A DNA stretch of 61,057 nt, counting the filler. It is 5 parts of 5 records of this genome, joined end to end, with 100 filler letters (N's around TTAATTAATTAA, not from the genome) between each part and the next. Parts side by side here need not be neighbours in the genome. Positions count along the whole stretch, not along the records: positions 25,608 to 34,607 come from DRR723986_8115; positions 34,708 to 55,762 come from DRR723986_8117; 3 more parts are not named here. One strand, 5' to 3'. Positions 30,971-40,419 of this stretch are shown one piece after another; position 1 is the stretch's first letter, and each line of letters starts with the position of its first letter. Position numbers and translations under genes: made by a program. Under the pieces are notes generated by a model that searched no databases, was not told the origin of the DNA, and saw only the letters and a list, made by a program, of their open reading frames with translations.

Positions 30971-31461
30971 TTTATATTGTTACTGGAGATATTGAGACTG
31001 GAAAGAGTACTAGACTTCACCAATGGATTAAAAGCAGAAATGACGTGTACGGTATTTTAACACTAAGAGATGAAAACAACGAGCGTTATTTACTGGACGT
31101 GCAAACAAAAGCTATTTCGCCAATGCAGGCTAAAGCAAGTGAAATTGACACAATTTCTATAGGGCGTTATAACTTCTACAAAACAGCATTTAAAAAGGCA
31201 AATAGTATTCTCAAAGGAGTCATAAATGAGCAAGGTAATGGATTCATTTTAATTGATGAATTAGGGAAATTAGAATTAAACGAAGAGGGATTACACGCAT
31301 CAGCGCTATCAGTCATAGAAAAAACAAGACGCGATAAGTCATTACACAGTGTTTTAGTGATACGCACTAGCCTACTCCTTGCGATTAAAAAAAAATATAA
31401 TCTTAGTGATAAACAGATTTTTAATATTAATTCTCTTGAAATGTTGGCAACGAATATGTAA
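30967..31461 (+). CDS. Small P-loop NTPase (NTPase_1/THEP1-like)
   Basis: IVTGDIETGKST Walker A, IGRYNF, LIDELGKLE Walker B. Confidence 0.82.
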   Translation: MIYIVTGDIETGKSTRLHQWIKSRNDVYGILTLRDENNERYLLDVQTKAISPMQAKASEIDTISIGRYNFYKTAFKKANSILKGVINEQGNGFILIDELGKLELNEEGLHASALSVIEKTRRDKSLHSVLVIRTSLLLAIKKKYNLSDKQIFNINSLEMLATNM

Positions 31462-31472
31462 CATTAGTTACA
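31457..31472. promoter_or_regulatory. Second TGTAAC-N4-GTTACA operator upstream of the sulfite oxidase operon
   Basis: TGTAAC-ATTA-GTTACA, with a further TGTAAC half-site at 31492. Confidence 0.7.
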
Positions 31473-31536
31473 ATTTAATTTCGATAAAAAGTGTAACTTT
31501 TCGAGTTAGTTATTCCTAGCTCATAAATATAGTATT

Positions 31537-32757
31537 TTGAAAAGAAGAGATTTCGTTAAAAAAACAACCTTAGGCTCATTCGCAGCCCTTATTGGTACTG
31601 AACTTGTCTTTGGTTCTAATATGCTAGATGGTTACACCCCATTGGCATTACAAGACCCCGATCCTTTTAAAATGTTCGATAAGCATAATGATATGATTGT
31701 GCTCAACAACAAACCATGGAATATTGAGGCGCAAGCACATTTATTGGATGACAAGATTACACCTAACTCGTCCATGTTTGTAAGGAACAACGGGTTAACC
31801 CCTGAAGGAATTAATGCTAATACCTGGACATTAAGCATTGATGGTGAATCAGTTAGAACAGAGAAATCATATACACTTGCGGAGTTGAAATCAAAATTTC
31901 AGCAGTACACCTATCAATTAACTATCGAGTGCGGTGGAAACGGTCGTGCAGAATTTGACCCACCTGCTAAAGGTAATCAATGGACAGTAGGAGCTGTACA
32001 TTGTGCTGAATGGACGGGAGTTCGTCTACGCGATGTATTAGAAGATGCAGGTATAAAAAGTAATGCTGTATACATTGGCTATCACGCCATAGATAAGCAT
32101 TTGAGCATGGACCCTAAAAAGGAACCGATTTCGAGAGGATGCCCAATGTCTAAGGCTTTGCAAGATGAAACGCTTTTAGCTTTTAAGATGAATGGCAAAG
32201 ACATTCCTTTGATACATGGCTATCCTCTGCGTTTAGTAGCAGGTGGCTGGCCAGCTTCAGTATCTGGGAAATGGATTAATAGAATAAGTATTAGAGATAA
32301 AGTTCATGATGGTACAAAAATGACAGGCACAGCCTATCGCGTGCCTTGTGAGCCCGTTGCACCTGGTGAAAAAGTGAAGGATGAAGATATGTGCATCATA
32401 GAATCTATGCCTGTAAAATCATTAATTACATATCCAAAATCTGGTGCAATACTCCCAAAAGGCAAAACTTTAAGTATTAGAGGGCATGCATGGGCAGGTG
32501 AATTGGAAGTTATGAAAATGGAGTATTCCATAGACTTTGGCGCTACGTGGAACAATTGTAAACTTGATCTACCAGCAAATAGATTGGCATGGCAACATTT
32601 TTCCGCGTCAGTAGATTTTCCGAAATCTGGATATTACGAAATTTGGGCAAGAGCTACCGATAGTCGAGGTATTGCACAGCCTATGATTTTACCTGGATGG
32701 AATCCAAAAGGTTATTTAAATAATGCCTGCCATCGTATTGCAGTAAAAGTAAAATAA
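31537..32757 (+). CDS. Molybdopterin sulfite oxidase family enzyme (SorA/SoxC-like), Tat-exported
   Basis: KRRDFVK leader, FVRNNG, ECGGNGR Mo-ligand Cys, WTGV, HGYPLRLV, ARATD. Confidence 0.92.
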   Translation: MKRRDFVKKTTLGSFAALIGTELVFGSNMLDGYTPLALQDPDPFKMFDKHNDMIVLNNKPWNIEAQAHLLDDKITPNSSMFVRNNGLTPEGINANTWTLSIDGESVRTEKSYTLAELKSKFQQYTYQLTIECGGNGRAEFDPPAKGNQWTVGAVHCAEWTGVRLRDVLEDAGIKSNAVYIGYHAIDKHLSMDPKKEPISRGCPMSKALQDETLLAFKMNGKDIPLIHGYPLRLVAGGWPASVSGKWINRISIRDKVHDGTKMTGTAYRVPCEPVAPGEKVKDEDMCIIESMPVKSLITYPKSGAILPKGKTLSIRGHAWAGELEVMKMEYSIDFGATWNNCKLDLPANRLAWQHFSASVDFPKSGYYEIWARATDSRGIAQPMILPGWNPKGYLNNACHRIAVKVK

Positions 32758-33227
32758 TGGATAACGAATCTACATTCAAAACACAAGTTCAAAGCATATA
32801 CCAATTATTAATGGTATTATTTGTTTTGTTTGTTCTTGCTGGAGGTAGCCTAATCTATTATGTAAATAATCCTGCTGCTTTTGATTTCTCAGCACAATCA
32901 GAAACAATAGCTATTACACCTGTAGAAGATGAAGATCGTATAGAGAACGGTATTCATGTAAGAACAGGCTTAGTTAATGCTGATGGCCTTATGACGGTTG
33001 TAAATAATTGCACCAATTGTCATTCTGCAAAACTAGTGACTCAAAATAGAATGAATGCTGAGAGTTGGAATACGACCATAAAATGGATGCAAGAGACACA
33101 AAACCTTTGGGATCTTGGAAGAAATCAAGAGATTATAGTAAATTATTTAGTCACAAATTATCCGCCAAAAGCAAAAGGTAGACGAATGATATTAACAGAT
33201 ATTGATTGGTATGAATTGGAGGATTAA
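32757..33227 (+). CDS. Membrane-anchored monoheme cytochrome c (SorB-like)
   Basis: N-terminal TM helix, CTNCH, distal WMQ Met. Confidence 0.88.
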   Translation: MDNESTFKTQVQSIYQLLMVLFVLFVLAGGSLIYYVNNPAAFDFSAQSETIAITPVEDEDRIENGIHVRTGLVNADGLMTVVNNCTNCHSAKLVTQNRMNAESWNTTIKWMQETQNLWDLGRNQEIIVNYLVTNYPPKAKGRRMILTDIDWYELED

Positions 33228-34128
33228 CTTACTTTTATTTTTACTTGTTTGGTCTTGCCAAAATGAGAAACTTAAACCAATCTCTGAGGTAAAAACGACC
33301 TATTTGATTGAGGCTTCAGAATTAAAATTGATAAGTAATCAGCCCAATATTAAGATATTGGACTTTAGAAATGAAAAAGCATATAACAAAGAACATATAA
33401 AGGGAGCTTTACACATTTCAAGAGCAGATATTGAAGACAACTCCTACCCATATAGTGGTATGATGGCAAGTCAGCTACAAATTGAGAATCTATTCAGTAA
33501 GTTTGGAATAAACACCACGGATACCGTAATAGTGTACGACGATAAAGGATTGTGTGAAGCAGCAAGGTTATGGTGGATACTTCAGAACTATAACTTTAAT
33601 AATATTAAGTTATTACACGGTGGTATTAAAGATTGGATTTCAATAAATGGAATAACAACGAGTAAAAAGCCTAAAACGACAGCTACTGATTTTAAATTCT
33701 TGGAAACGTCAAAAATGAACTATTATATCACTAAAGAAGATGTGAAAAATGCGCTAAACCATAATGTAACGATACTAGATACAAGAAGCATTGATGAGTA
33801 TACTGGAAAAACACATAAAGATGGGGCAATTAAAGCTGGAAGAATCCCTAATAGTATCAATATTGATTGGGCTGAAAACATGAACTATACTGGAGATAAA
33901 CGTCTCAAATCGGTTAAAGATCTTGAAAACTTGTATAAAAAATTAAATATAAAGAAAACAGATTCCATAATTTTGTATTGCCATAGTGGCGTGCGTTCAG
34001 CGCATACAACCTTTGTGCTCACACAATTATTAGGATATGAAAATGTTAAAAATTACGATGGATCGTGGACAGAGTGGAGTTATTTTAATGAGTTACCTTT
34101 TGAAAGCGATTTACTTAACACTAATTAA
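33211..34128 (+). CDS. Two-domain sulfurtransferase (rhodanese), probable lipoprotein
   Basis: LVWSC lipobox-like, HIKGA, AARLWW, YCHSGVRS active site, YDGSWTEW. Confidence 0.92.
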   Translation: MNWRINLLLFLLVWSCQNEKLKPISEVKTTYLIEASELKLISNQPNIKILDFRNEKAYNKEHIKGALHISRADIEDNSYPYSGMMASQLQIENLFSKFGINTTDTVIVYDDKGLCEAARLWWILQNYNFNNIKLLHGGIKDWISINGITTSKKPKTTATDFKFLETSKMNYYITKEDVKNALNHNVTILDTRSIDEYTGKTHKDGAIKAGRIPNSINIDWAENMNYTGDKRLKSVKDLENLYKKLNIKKTDSIILYCHSGVRSAHTTFVLTQLLGYENVKNYDGSWTEWSYFNELPFESDLLNTN

Positions 34129-34137
34129 AAAAAGAAA

Positions 34138-34607
34138 ATGGAAAAGTATTTAGACGCATTTGTAAACGCCTTTGAAGGCACATTGAGTTGGACGTGGAAA
34201 TCAATTATTTTTGAAGTCCCATGGTACACTAATTATTTTTGGGGACTTATTGCTATTTCACTGGCGGTTTGGCTTTTAGAAATTGCCTTTCCTTGGAGAA
34301 AAAATCAGTCTATTTTTAGACGCGACTTTTGGTTAGATGCCTTTTATATGTTCTTTAATTTTTTCATGTTCTCTATCGTTATTAGTGGTGTCTATGAAAT
34401 TTTAGGCTTATTATTTGGTGAAATAAATATTACTGCTAAAAGTTTAGCGCTCATAGATATATCTGCATGGTCACCTGCATTACAATTATTCGTATTTTTT
34501 ATCATACTAGATTTTGTTCAGTGGTTTACACATGTACTACTCCATCGTTACCGCTTCCTGTGGAAGTTTCATAAAGTACACCATAGTGTAAAAGAAATGG
34601 GGTTTGC
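34138..34607 (+). CDS. Sterol desaturase/fatty acid hydroxylase family protein, 3' truncated
   Basis: HVLLH and FHKVHHS histidine boxes. Confidence 0.85.
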
Positions 34608-34707
34608 NNNNNNNNNNNNNNNNNNNNNNNNNNNNNNNNNNNNNNNNNNNNTTAATTAATTAANNNNNNNNNNNNNNNNNNNNNNNNNNNNNNNNNNNNN
34701 NNNNNNN
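34608..34707. other. Artificial contig linker
   Basis: Same N-TTAATTAATTAA-N linker. Confidence 0.99.
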
Positions 34708-34884
34708 AGAAAAGCCTCACGGCGCAATGCTAAACAACTGAATGGTCAGGAATTGGGATTTAACGTTGGGACTTTACCTTCATTGCCTGGACCATATCGT
34801 GACACTTTTTATCCTCAAACTAATCCCCCTTCTCCAGCTCGCTTGTTGTTTGTGCTTAAGCTGGAAGTGAATTGGCAATAGTCA

Positions 34885-34916
34885 GGCCCTTGCTCATAAG
34901 GTTGTGAGCAAGGGCC
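34885..34916 (-). terminator. 3' hairpin after secreted paralog 1
   Basis: Perfect 12-bp stem GGCCCTTGCTCA/TGAGCAAGGGCC; no clear U-tract. Confidence 0.6.
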
Positions 34917-34957
34917 CAAGGTTGGAAAAGTATTCGCTTGGATTAATACGACAATTA

Positions 34958-36802
34958 TCAGCGGATGAAAGGCAGAGCGATGCTGTGAACCTTACCCTGC
35001 GTCTGGAATAAGGCGTAATAGATGCTGGATGCGTCAAGTTTAACAGGCACAAACATGTCGCTTGATCCGGCCAGAAACTGAATGGGTTGCTCCGTGAGAG
35101 TTTTGCCTAATGCATCGACAATTTTTACAGTGCCGGCATCAGCATGCTCAGCTTCAAAGAAAAAGCGTACACCGCTGTTGGCTTCTACATGTGAAGTAAT
35201 GCTTAACGAGTTGCTCAGCGGCTGGGCGGCGCCTGGAATTGCATCCTGGTTGGTAACGCCGCGCTTGCTGATTTCCTGAAGTTCGTAACAAATATAGGTA
35301 GGATGTGCAACCCCAATTGTCGACGAGGCGCTGGCAACATTGCTAATTGTAAGTTTGCGTCTTAGAGTTAAGTCCCGTTCTACAGTCTCCAGAAAGTTGA
35401 ACCTTGGTCCCCCAATTGGGTCGCAGTCATCAGCAGGAAGTAGATTTGCATCGACTTTGACAATGTAGCTGTTGTTAACTACTCCTCCGCCAGACACTTG
35501 ACGTTCTCTGAGGCCGACCGCGGTGTAGCCCTCTTCAAGGGTGGGAGGAGTACCACTACCGTTAATTCCCCAGCTACTGACCGAAGAAAATCGTGTTTCA
35601 TCCGAAGCATTTGTACCCCAGCGGCCCAATATTACGGTAAGAGCATGCCAAATTTCGTTAAACTCAATCAGAAAAGCTCCTGGCCGAGGAGGGGCGCCAT
35701 TGTCTGCCCAAAGCGTGTGCCCTGCAATAACCCAGCCTCGCTCAGGTCCCACAGCATAGTCAATCTTCAATGCGGTTACATCGAATGCGTGAGTGGATAG
35801 TGGACCCCGAATTTGTCGCCCTTCGAGCGTGCCACTGGCGCGCTCGATTCGGTTAACAAAACCACCCGCAAGCTGCTCACCCGGTGCAGCTACAATCAAA
35901 TTTCCCGTTATGACAACGTTCGTCGGGGAACCCTGCAATTGTCCAACCCATAGATCGGCAGCACGGCCCTGAGCATCGTGGGTCTGCTCTTCGTGGATAT
36001 AAATGTCGTCGCGGATCACAGCCCCATTGCTCGGGTTGATTTCGAGCAAGAATGTCCGGTCAAAAATACGGCCTTCGTCATCGGGATGATCTACCCAGCC
36101 AGTGACCCACAGTTTATCCTCATAGTAGTGTAGTCCGCTGGGATCCATTTCCCAGCTCTCGTTTGCAAGCGGCTCGTACACATGGTTGCCAAAGGCTGCG
36201 ACTGTCGCTCCGTTTGCGTCTAACTTAAAGAGGACCATATCGTGGTTGCCATTTTGTGTTACCATGTCATCAATCCCGGTTGCCAGGATATAATATTCCG
36301 AACCATGGGCAACGATGTCTTGCGGTATAAAGTCAGAATAGTTCTGGCCCAGGCTATTAACCAAGCTGATCGAACGTTCCCAAATGGGGGCCCCGGAATT
36401 GGCATCAACCTTCTTAACTGTCAGACGGTTTACGGCGGTTGAGTGTCCAAGTGCAATTAAATATGGCATGTTGTTTTCGATTGATTCAGTCAATGCGTAG
36501 AACTGCCGAAAACCGGAGCCGTAGGAGTTCGCAAAAATCGTGGAACCGTCCTGCCTGAGAGCTGTAATGTACGGCTGCCCTGAAGGACCACCTCCAACGA
36601 AGGCTGTGCCACAATTGTGATTAGTGCGCACAACGTCGTGACTTTGCTGCGGCGTACTTGTAACAACACTCGACGAAAATAGATGCTGATTGGGGTCGCA
36701 ATTTGCCAGTTGTCCTGGCTGAGCCATTAGCTCAATACTGCTGGATATCGACGTAGCGAGGACTATCAATAAAACCTGTCTGCCAAATAATGAAAATTGC
36801 AT
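34958..36802 (-). CDS. Secreted protein paralog 1 (614 aa), probable beta-propeller with T9SS-like C-terminal domain
   Basis: Signal peptide then Q. DVVRTNHNCG, WER, GYTAVG, KVDANL. C-terminal VKIVDALGKTL...SSIYY...LPFIR. RBS AGGAGAC. Confidence 0.85.
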   Translation of the reverse strand: MQFSLFGRQVLLIVLATSISSSIELMAQPGQLANCDPNQHLFSSSVVTSTPQQSHDVVRTNHNCGTAFVGGGPSGQPYITALRQDGSTIFANSYGSGFRQFYALTESIENNMPYLIALGHSTAVNRLTVKKVDANSGAPIWERSISLVNSLGQNYSDFIPQDIVAHGSEYYILATGIDDMVTQNGNHDMVLFKLDANGATVAAFGNHVYEPLANESWEMDPSGLHYYEDKLWVTGWVDHPDDEGRIFDRTFLLEINPSNGAVIRDDIYIHEEQTHDAQGRAADLWVGQLQGSPTNVVITGNLIVAAPGEQLAGGFVNRIERASGTLEGRQIRGPLSTHAFDVTALKIDYAVGPERGWVIAGHTLWADNGAPPRPGAFLIEFNEIWHALTVILGRWGTNASDETRFSSVSSWGINGSGTPPTLEEGYTAVGLRERQVSGGGVVNNSYIVKVDANLLPADDCDPIGGPRFNFLETVERDLTLRRKLTISNVASASSTIGVAHPTYICYELQEISKRGVTNQDAIPGAAQPLSNSLSITSHVEANSGVRFFFEAEHADAGTVKIVDALGKTLTEQPIQFLAGSSDMFVPVKLDASSIYYALFQTQGKVHSIALPFIR

Positions 36803-37661
36803 GTAAGTCTCCTGGTAAGGATAGTGTTATTATTAATGAATTGCTCAATTGTGATCTGAGAAATACAGCGCAATGTGTTGCCACGAACTGCATTAATCAA
36901 TTCACAGCTTGATCCTGTGGGGGCACGTAGGAAGTGTTAACACCCGTTTCTTGGTTTGGTCCAAGTATCGAATGTTAAAGAAAGTCTCATCTGGTTGCGG
37001 CTCAACCCGCATCAAAGTCAATAGCGTACTACAAGGCCACTTTAAGTTGATTGATTCTTGAGGCCGTTTCTGGGTGGCTTTTGTATATGCACGACGCCGG
37101 CAGAAGCACAGGGCCCTGCTCAATGCCGTTTCGGTCATTAGTAGCTGGGTGCATGCCGATCCAATTCAAAGTAGATGCAATCACTTGCACAAACTCTGGG
37201 TTGTATCAGAATCAAATCTTAAACAATGCTGCCGATGCTTAGATTGCTTCGGTTTTGATTGTTTAGGTTTGCGTATGGCTGACAAAGTTGGGGGGGGAGA
37301 GTAATCAATCAACTTTGCCATCGTAGAAACTATGCTAGCTGCCGTCATTACTGATGATGTTCATGCGGATCTCCTCGCACAATGATTTGTTGTCGAATTA
37401 GTTGTTGCGAATTGATGTGATCGATCTGATCTCAATCGCAGATCTTAACACCGGACCTGTACTTGTGAATGCCGATGTTGGCGTACGGTAATCTGATGGT
37501 AAATGTACAGCTAGTTCGGGAATGCCGCAAACAAAAAAATGCAGTTTGAAATTTGTGAAGGCCGTATTCCACAAACGAAACAATCTGTAAAGTGCATAAG
37601 AGCGCCGGGCATGCCACAAGCGAACCAAGCGCCTCGCATTGGCTCTGGAGTTGTGACTTAA

Positions 37662-37734
37662 TGATTAACAGAAAAATCAAAAAGCCTGAGGCCGAAGGGG
37701 AGCCGCAGGCGGAGCAAAGGACTCAAAGCGCTCA
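37662..37734 (-). repeat. Intergenic hairpin element, copy 1
   Basis: + strand TGATTAACA...AAAGCCTGAG...CTCAAAGCGCTCA; 67/73 identical to copy 2. Confidence 0.85.
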
Positions 37735-37753
37735 TAAAACCAGGATCACACAA

Positions 37754-37782
37754 GCCTCTGCCACAAAAACTGTAACAGAGGC
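37754..37782 (-). terminator. 3' hairpin after secreted paralog 2
   Basis: Minus-strand RNA GCCUCUGUUACA/UGUGGCAGAGGC forms 12 bp using G-U pairs. Confidence 0.6.
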
Positions 37783-37824
37783 CTAAGAGCTGTGAAATAT
37801 AGGTATTTAAATTCAGCTTAACAT

Positions 37825-39669
37825 TTAGCGTACAATTGAATGCGGAATAGTATGGACGCCATCCTGCGATTCAATGCGTGAGTAGAATACTCCGCTGGTG
37901 TCAAACTGAACTGAAAGATAGACGTCGTTCGTTCCAGCAGTGAGTTTAAGCGTCCGTGTAGCAAGTGTTTTGCCACTGACATCAACAATTGAGATTGTGA
38001 CTTCTTGCGCCTGCTCGGATTCGAAGAAGTAGAGTGCACCGTTTTCAGCACTTACGTGTGAGCCAACAGTAAGTGTGTTGCTGAGCGGAGTGTCGATGCT
38101 GATTTCATCGGCACTGGATTTATTCATTGCAATTTCTTCATGGCAGAAAAAGTCAGGGTCAATATAATCTTCTGAATTAGTGTACCCTTCAGTGTTTTCA
38201 ATTGTTAAACTGCGATCGACGAAAAAATCTTCGGTTCTGGTTTCCAGGAGGTCAAATGTGGGGCCAGGAGTGGAATGACAGCCAGGAGACGGTGCTGTTG
38301 CAGGTACGAGGGCTTCATCAATTTTAGCAACGTAGAACTCGGTTTCAAGGCCCACTCCTGGTTTATGGTAGGCAGCTATTCCCACGGCAGTATAGCCACT
38401 CTCAAGTGTAGGCGCTGGGAAGTTGCCGTAGTGTCCCCAGCTGGCTACGGCGTTAAACGAGGTGCGGTCCGACGCGCCATTGCCTGTGCGGCCGTATGAG
38501 CAGGATGTGGCTCCGTACGCCTGATCGAACTCCATAAGGTAAGCAGATTCAAAGCGTTGAGTACTGGTTGGGCCCCAGCGTGTATCACCGGCGATAATCC
38601 AGGCGCGATCCAGATCTACACCGTAATCAACAGAGTGAGCGTCAGTCAGCCATTGATTCGAGAGATGTGGCCCAATTAATTGGCGCCCTTCCCAAGTCGT
38701 TGCTGCATTTAACCTGTTAACAAACGCACCACGACGCGGCTGCCCAAATGATGCTTCGTGGAGGTTCCCCACAATTACAATATCGCGCGCTCCACTTTGC
38801 AGGCTACCGACCCAGATGTCATTTGCATGACCTTCAAGATTCGCGATAATATTATGGTGGAAAAAGACTTCACCATCCAGGCGTGCGCCTGATGTTGGGT
38901 CAATTTCCAGGAAAAACGTGCGAATAAATTGTTGATACTGTTTTTGACTGTCGGGATAGTCAACAGTTCCTGTTACCCAAAGACTGCCGTCAAAGTGTGT
39001 AAGGGCACTTGGAACCATTTCGTAAGTGGGTTGCCCCGCAGTCTCGTAGATGTGGTTGGTCCAGACTGTATTGGTTGTGCCATCGATATTAAGCTTGAAC
39101 AGCAGCATATCTTCACTAAAGTTACTTGATAGCGTGTTAACTGCGTTTACGAGGACATAATACTCCGAATTTAGCGCAATTATATCAACTGTGTTCAGCG
39201 AAGAGTAATACTGGTTCATGCTATTCTTGAGCTTTATTTCACGCTCCCAGGTTACGTTGCCCGTAAGAGCATCAAGCTTCGTAACAATTGCAGTTTTTGC
39301 CCCTGTGGTCGCAAGATTGCCGCCAACAATGAGGAATGTTCCATTTGACTCAATCGATTCGTCAAGTGCCGTATAATTGGCAACTCTTGGACCATATTGT
39401 TTGGACCACAATGGTGTGCCGTCCTGATTAAGGGCAACAACAATGGGGTTATCTTCGGTGCTTCCAGCTATAGCACTACCGCAATTGAAATTTGTTCGTA
39501 CAACGTCAAATGCTATGTTGGCATCCGGGTCTATGATAATTGATGAATAGAGAAACTGGCTTGTGACGCAGTTATACAATTGACCTGGTTGCGCGTTTGC
39601 AGTGCCCGTAGAGGCAAAAACCAACACAAAAGACAATAGAATACAACTTGCAATTCTTGTGAAGTGCAT
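37825..39669 (-). CDS. Secreted protein paralog 2 (614 aa)
   Basis: ATG 39669 (MHFTRIAS) with AGGAGAC RBS. ANA-QPGQL, DVVRTNFNCG, GYTAVG, ISIVDVSGKTL...SGVFY...HSIVR. Confidence 0.85.
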   Translation of the reverse strand: MHFTRIASCILLSFVLVFASTGTANAQPGQLYNCVTSQFLYSSIIIDPDANIAFDVVRTNFNCGSAIAGSTEDNPIVVALNQDGTPLWSKQYGPRVANYTALDESIESNGTFLIVGGNLATTGAKTAIVTKLDALTGNVTWEREIKLKNSMNQYYSSLNTVDIIALNSEYYVLVNAVNTLSSNFSEDMLLFKLNIDGTTNTVWTNHIYETAGQPTYEMVPSALTHFDGSLWVTGTVDYPDSQKQYQQFIRTFFLEIDPTSGARLDGEVFFHHNIIANLEGHANDIWVGSLQSGARDIVIVGNLHEASFGQPRRGAFVNRLNAATTWEGRQLIGPHLSNQWLTDAHSVDYGVDLDRAWIIAGDTRWGPTSTQRFESAYLMEFDQAYGATSCSYGRTGNGASDRTSFNAVASWGHYGNFPAPTLESGYTAVGIAAYHKPGVGLETEFYVAKIDEALVPATAPSPGCHSTPGPTFDLLETRTEDFFVDRSLTIENTEGYTNSEDYIDPDFFCHEEIAMNKSSADEISIDTPLSNTLTVGSHVSAENGALYFFESEQAQEVTISIVDVSGKTLATRTLKLTAGTNDVYLSVQFDTSGVFYSRIESQDGVHTIPHSIVR

Positions 39670-40166
39670 GTGAGTCTCCTTAAAAAAAACGATGATCAAT
39701 GAAAAAATGTGCTAATGATATCAGCTGTGATCAGCAGACAGGTTCTGTCTGCAAATAGAGAATGAAAAAAGAGCAGGTGTGTCTGCCTGCAACGTGATTT
39801 ATTTGGGGGGGCGTTGAATGTTTTTGATCTCACCGTAAACCTAAGGCAATGTCGTGACTTTCGCAAGTGAAATAATGACTATACGTAATAATACGTAGGT
39901 CTATGTCTTAGTAGTGTAGATTCTACGTGTTGATGGTAAATGCGGAAAAGGGCGCGTTGGAATGGATTGTTTTTTATACGCTATTTATTAAGTGCGGGGT
40001 CGGCTTTTGCAGGGGCTGATGCTTCCGTTTTGTCGCTTGTTTAGCGCTGTCTTTTTGTTTGTCGTACAGTCTAAAATGTTAAGTCTTATGAAGTGCCGAT
40101 TCCGACGAATGTGAGCCCGGTGGTGTGAGTCAGGCGAAACTCAGTGGGTTGGTTCTTGAAGTTCGG

Positions 40167-40239
40167 TGATTAACAAAAATATCAAAAAGTCTGAGGCCGA
40201 AGGGGAGCCGTAGGCGGAGCAAAGGACTCATAGCGATCA
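40167..40239 (-). repeat. Intergenic hairpin element, copy 2
   Basis: + strand TGATTAACA...AAAGTCTGAG...CTCATAGCGATCA. Confidence 0.85.
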
Positions 40240-40266
40240 GGAGGGCGATCAGGAGGGCGATCAGGA
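40233..40266. repeat. 12-bp tandem repeat (GCGATCAGGAGG) x ~2.8
   Basis: Units at 40233, 40245 and 40257 (partial), starting inside the end of element copy 2. Confidence 0.85.
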
Positions 40267-40346
40267 AAGTGAACAAGAATGCGATCAAGTAAGCTCATTA
40301 CCAGTGAATAGCGATTGTCGGCGTTTGGAGTGTGTGCTAAACAAAT

Positions 40347-40378
40347 GGGCCCGCATCTACTTGCGTAGATACGGGCTC
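40347..40378 (-). terminator. Terminator after secreted paralog 3
   Basis: Minus-strand GAGCCCGUAUCUAC-GCAA-GUAGAUGCGGGCCC followed by AUUUGUUU. Confidence 0.7.
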
Positions 40379-40419
40379 CGAAAACCTGATGTTTACACTA
40401 AATGCGGACTGTTTTAAAC

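Noticed and set aside
37335-37376. Minus-strand micro-ORF MNIISNDGS with a GAGGAG RBS in the paralog 1/2 spacer
   Set aside because: Only nine codons, with no counterpart found in the other spacers; not supportable without ribosome profiling.
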